A stretch of DNA of 64,000 nt from Anaeramoeba ignava BMAN (lineage: Eukaryota; Protista; Anaeramoebae): assembly GCA_028826165.1 (NCBI GenBank), contig JAPDFW010000055.1, positions 62,001 to 126,000 on the forward strand, written 5' to 3'. The notes below the pieces were generated by a model. That model did no database searches, was not told where the DNA came from, and saw only the letters and a program-made list of their open reading frames with translations. The position numbers were made by a program, and so were the translations under genes. Below are positions 62,392-64,000 of this stretch, in pieces. Numbering within the stretch: the first letter of the stretch is position 1; every line of letters begins with the position of its first letter.

Positions 62392-64000
62392 ATGCAAAAC
62401 AATATTTTTCCTTTTTCTTTTTTACTTCCAAAAATTGAAGAAAGAAAAACTAATTCAATTCAAGATCTTCTTGTTGTATTTGAAGAAAATTATAAAAGGA
62501 ATTTTTTTACACTTTCAAAAAAAAAAGGAATTTTTAAAGAAAATTTTGTTTTTATTTTTAAAACAAATGAAGAAGAACAAAATTTAATTGAAAATTTTAT
62601 TCAAGGAAAAGAAAAGGAAAAATTATTTGAATTTAAATCTCAAAAATTTTTCAAAATGAAAAAGAAAATTAAAAGAAAATTTAAATTTGAAAAATTAAAC
62701 TTTGAAAATAAAATGAAAATGAAAATGAAAATGAAAATCAAAATCAAAATCAAAATCAAAATCAAAATGAAAAATGAAAATAAAAATTGAAAATGAAAAT
62801 GAAAATCAAAATCAAAATCAAAATCAAAATCAAAATCAAAATCAAAATCAAATTCAAAATCAAAATTTAAATGAAAATCAAAATGAAAATCAAAATGAAA
62901 ATCAAAATCAATTTCAAAATCAAAATGAAAATCAAAATGAAAATGAAAATGAAAATCAAAATGAAAATCAAAATCAAAATGAAAATCAAAATCAAAATCA
63001 AAATCAAAATCAAAATCAAAATCAAAATCAAAATCAAAATCAAAATCAAAATCAAAATCAAAATCAAAATGAAAATCAAAATCAAAATCAAAATCAAAAT
63101 CAAAATCAAAATCAAAATCAAAATCAAAATCAAAATCAAAATCAAAATCAAAATCAAAATCAAAATCAAAATCAAAATCAAAATCAAAATCAAAATATAA
63201 ATCAAAATCAAAATCAAAATCAAAATCAAAATCAAAATGAAAATCAAAATCAAAATCAAAATGAAAATGAAAATCAAAATCAAAATCAAAATCAAAATCA
63301 AAATCAAAATCAAAATCAAAATCAAAATCAAAATCAAAATCAAAATCAAAATGAAAATGAAAATGAAAATGAAAATCAAAATCAAAATGAAAATCAAAAT
63401 CAAAATCAAAATCAAAATCAAAATCAAAATCAAAATCAAAATCAAAATGAAAATCAAAATCAAAATCAAAATCAAAATCAAAATGAAATTGAAAATGAAA
63501 ATGAAAATGAAATTCAAATTCAAAATGAAAATCAAAATCAAAATCAAAATGAAAATCAAAATGAAAATCAAAATCAATTTCAAAATCAAAATGAAAATAA
63601 AGATGAAAATGAAAATGAAAATGAAAATGAAAATGAAAATCAAAATGAAATTGAAAATCAAAAATTTTCAAAATCAAAAATCAAAATCAAAATCAAAATT
63701 TCGGAGAAATGAAAATCAAAATCAAATTTCAAAATCAAAATTAAAATGAAAATTCAAAACCAAATCAAAATCAAAAAAATCAAATTCAAAATGAAAATGA
63801 AAATGAAATTTTCAAAAAAAAATCAAAATCAAAATCAAATTGAAAATGAAAAAAAATTCAAAATGAATCAATCAAAATTTCATCATTTTATTTTAAATGA
63901 AAATTTCAAAATAAAAATATCTTGAAAGATTATAAAAAAATTCAATCAAAAATTTAAATTCTTAACTTTTCATGAAATTTCCCAAATTGATGAAATTTTC
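62392..64000 (+). CDS. Hypothetical protein with a ~1-kb poly-(NQ/NE) tract; frameshifted, 3' end unresolved
   Basis: ATG at 62392 follows TCATTTT motifs. About 105 codons of unique sequence precede (AATCAA/AATGAA)n with frame slips. Confidence 0.4.

Noticed and set aside
1-64000. tRNA, rRNA, snRNA genes, telomeric repeats, transposases
   Set aside because: None recognised by eye. A tRNAscan-SE/Infernal run would be needed to exclude small AT-rich ncRNAs.

Overview
Extremely AT-rich, gene-dense eukaryotic (protist) nuclear DNA. It uses the standard genetic code and canonical GT-AG introns, with about 24 protein genes usually only 40-250 bp apart. The intronless BTB-BACK-TLDc and RCC1-BTB families, the NQ/NE tracts and the TTCATTTT initiator-like motif resemble the anaerobic metamonad amoeba Anaeramoeba; this is inference and was not verified. 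Genes reconstructed by hand across introns: RING-H2 ligase, TFIIIC subunit 6, SmG, CstF-77, proteasome beta-6, a CH-RasGAP-PH protein, a SUN protein, NMNAT ending in a CaaX box, ataxin-10, a TPR protein, a PH-like repeat protein, a CYTH-like protein, MMTAG2, CTR9, a histidine phosphatase, a SAM methyltransferase, a Diaphanous-type formin, ISY1 and a long-tailed myosin I. Most ORF-track entries of the KIKI/NFNF/ILIL type are artefacts of simple repeats. The best candidate for a new system is an 8-kb array (18.6-26.7 kb) of putative Cullin-3 adaptors. Their TLDc domains have a conserved framework with hypervariable, aromatic-rich loops, look mosaic, and are more diverged than their own non-coding flanks, which suggests a diversifying recognition repertoire. 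Other notable items: intron-private microsatellite expansions, two roughly 145-bp satellites, a GC/CpG-rich island inside one CTR9 exon, likely bacterial gene transfers, and several single-base frameshifts that are probably assembly errors.
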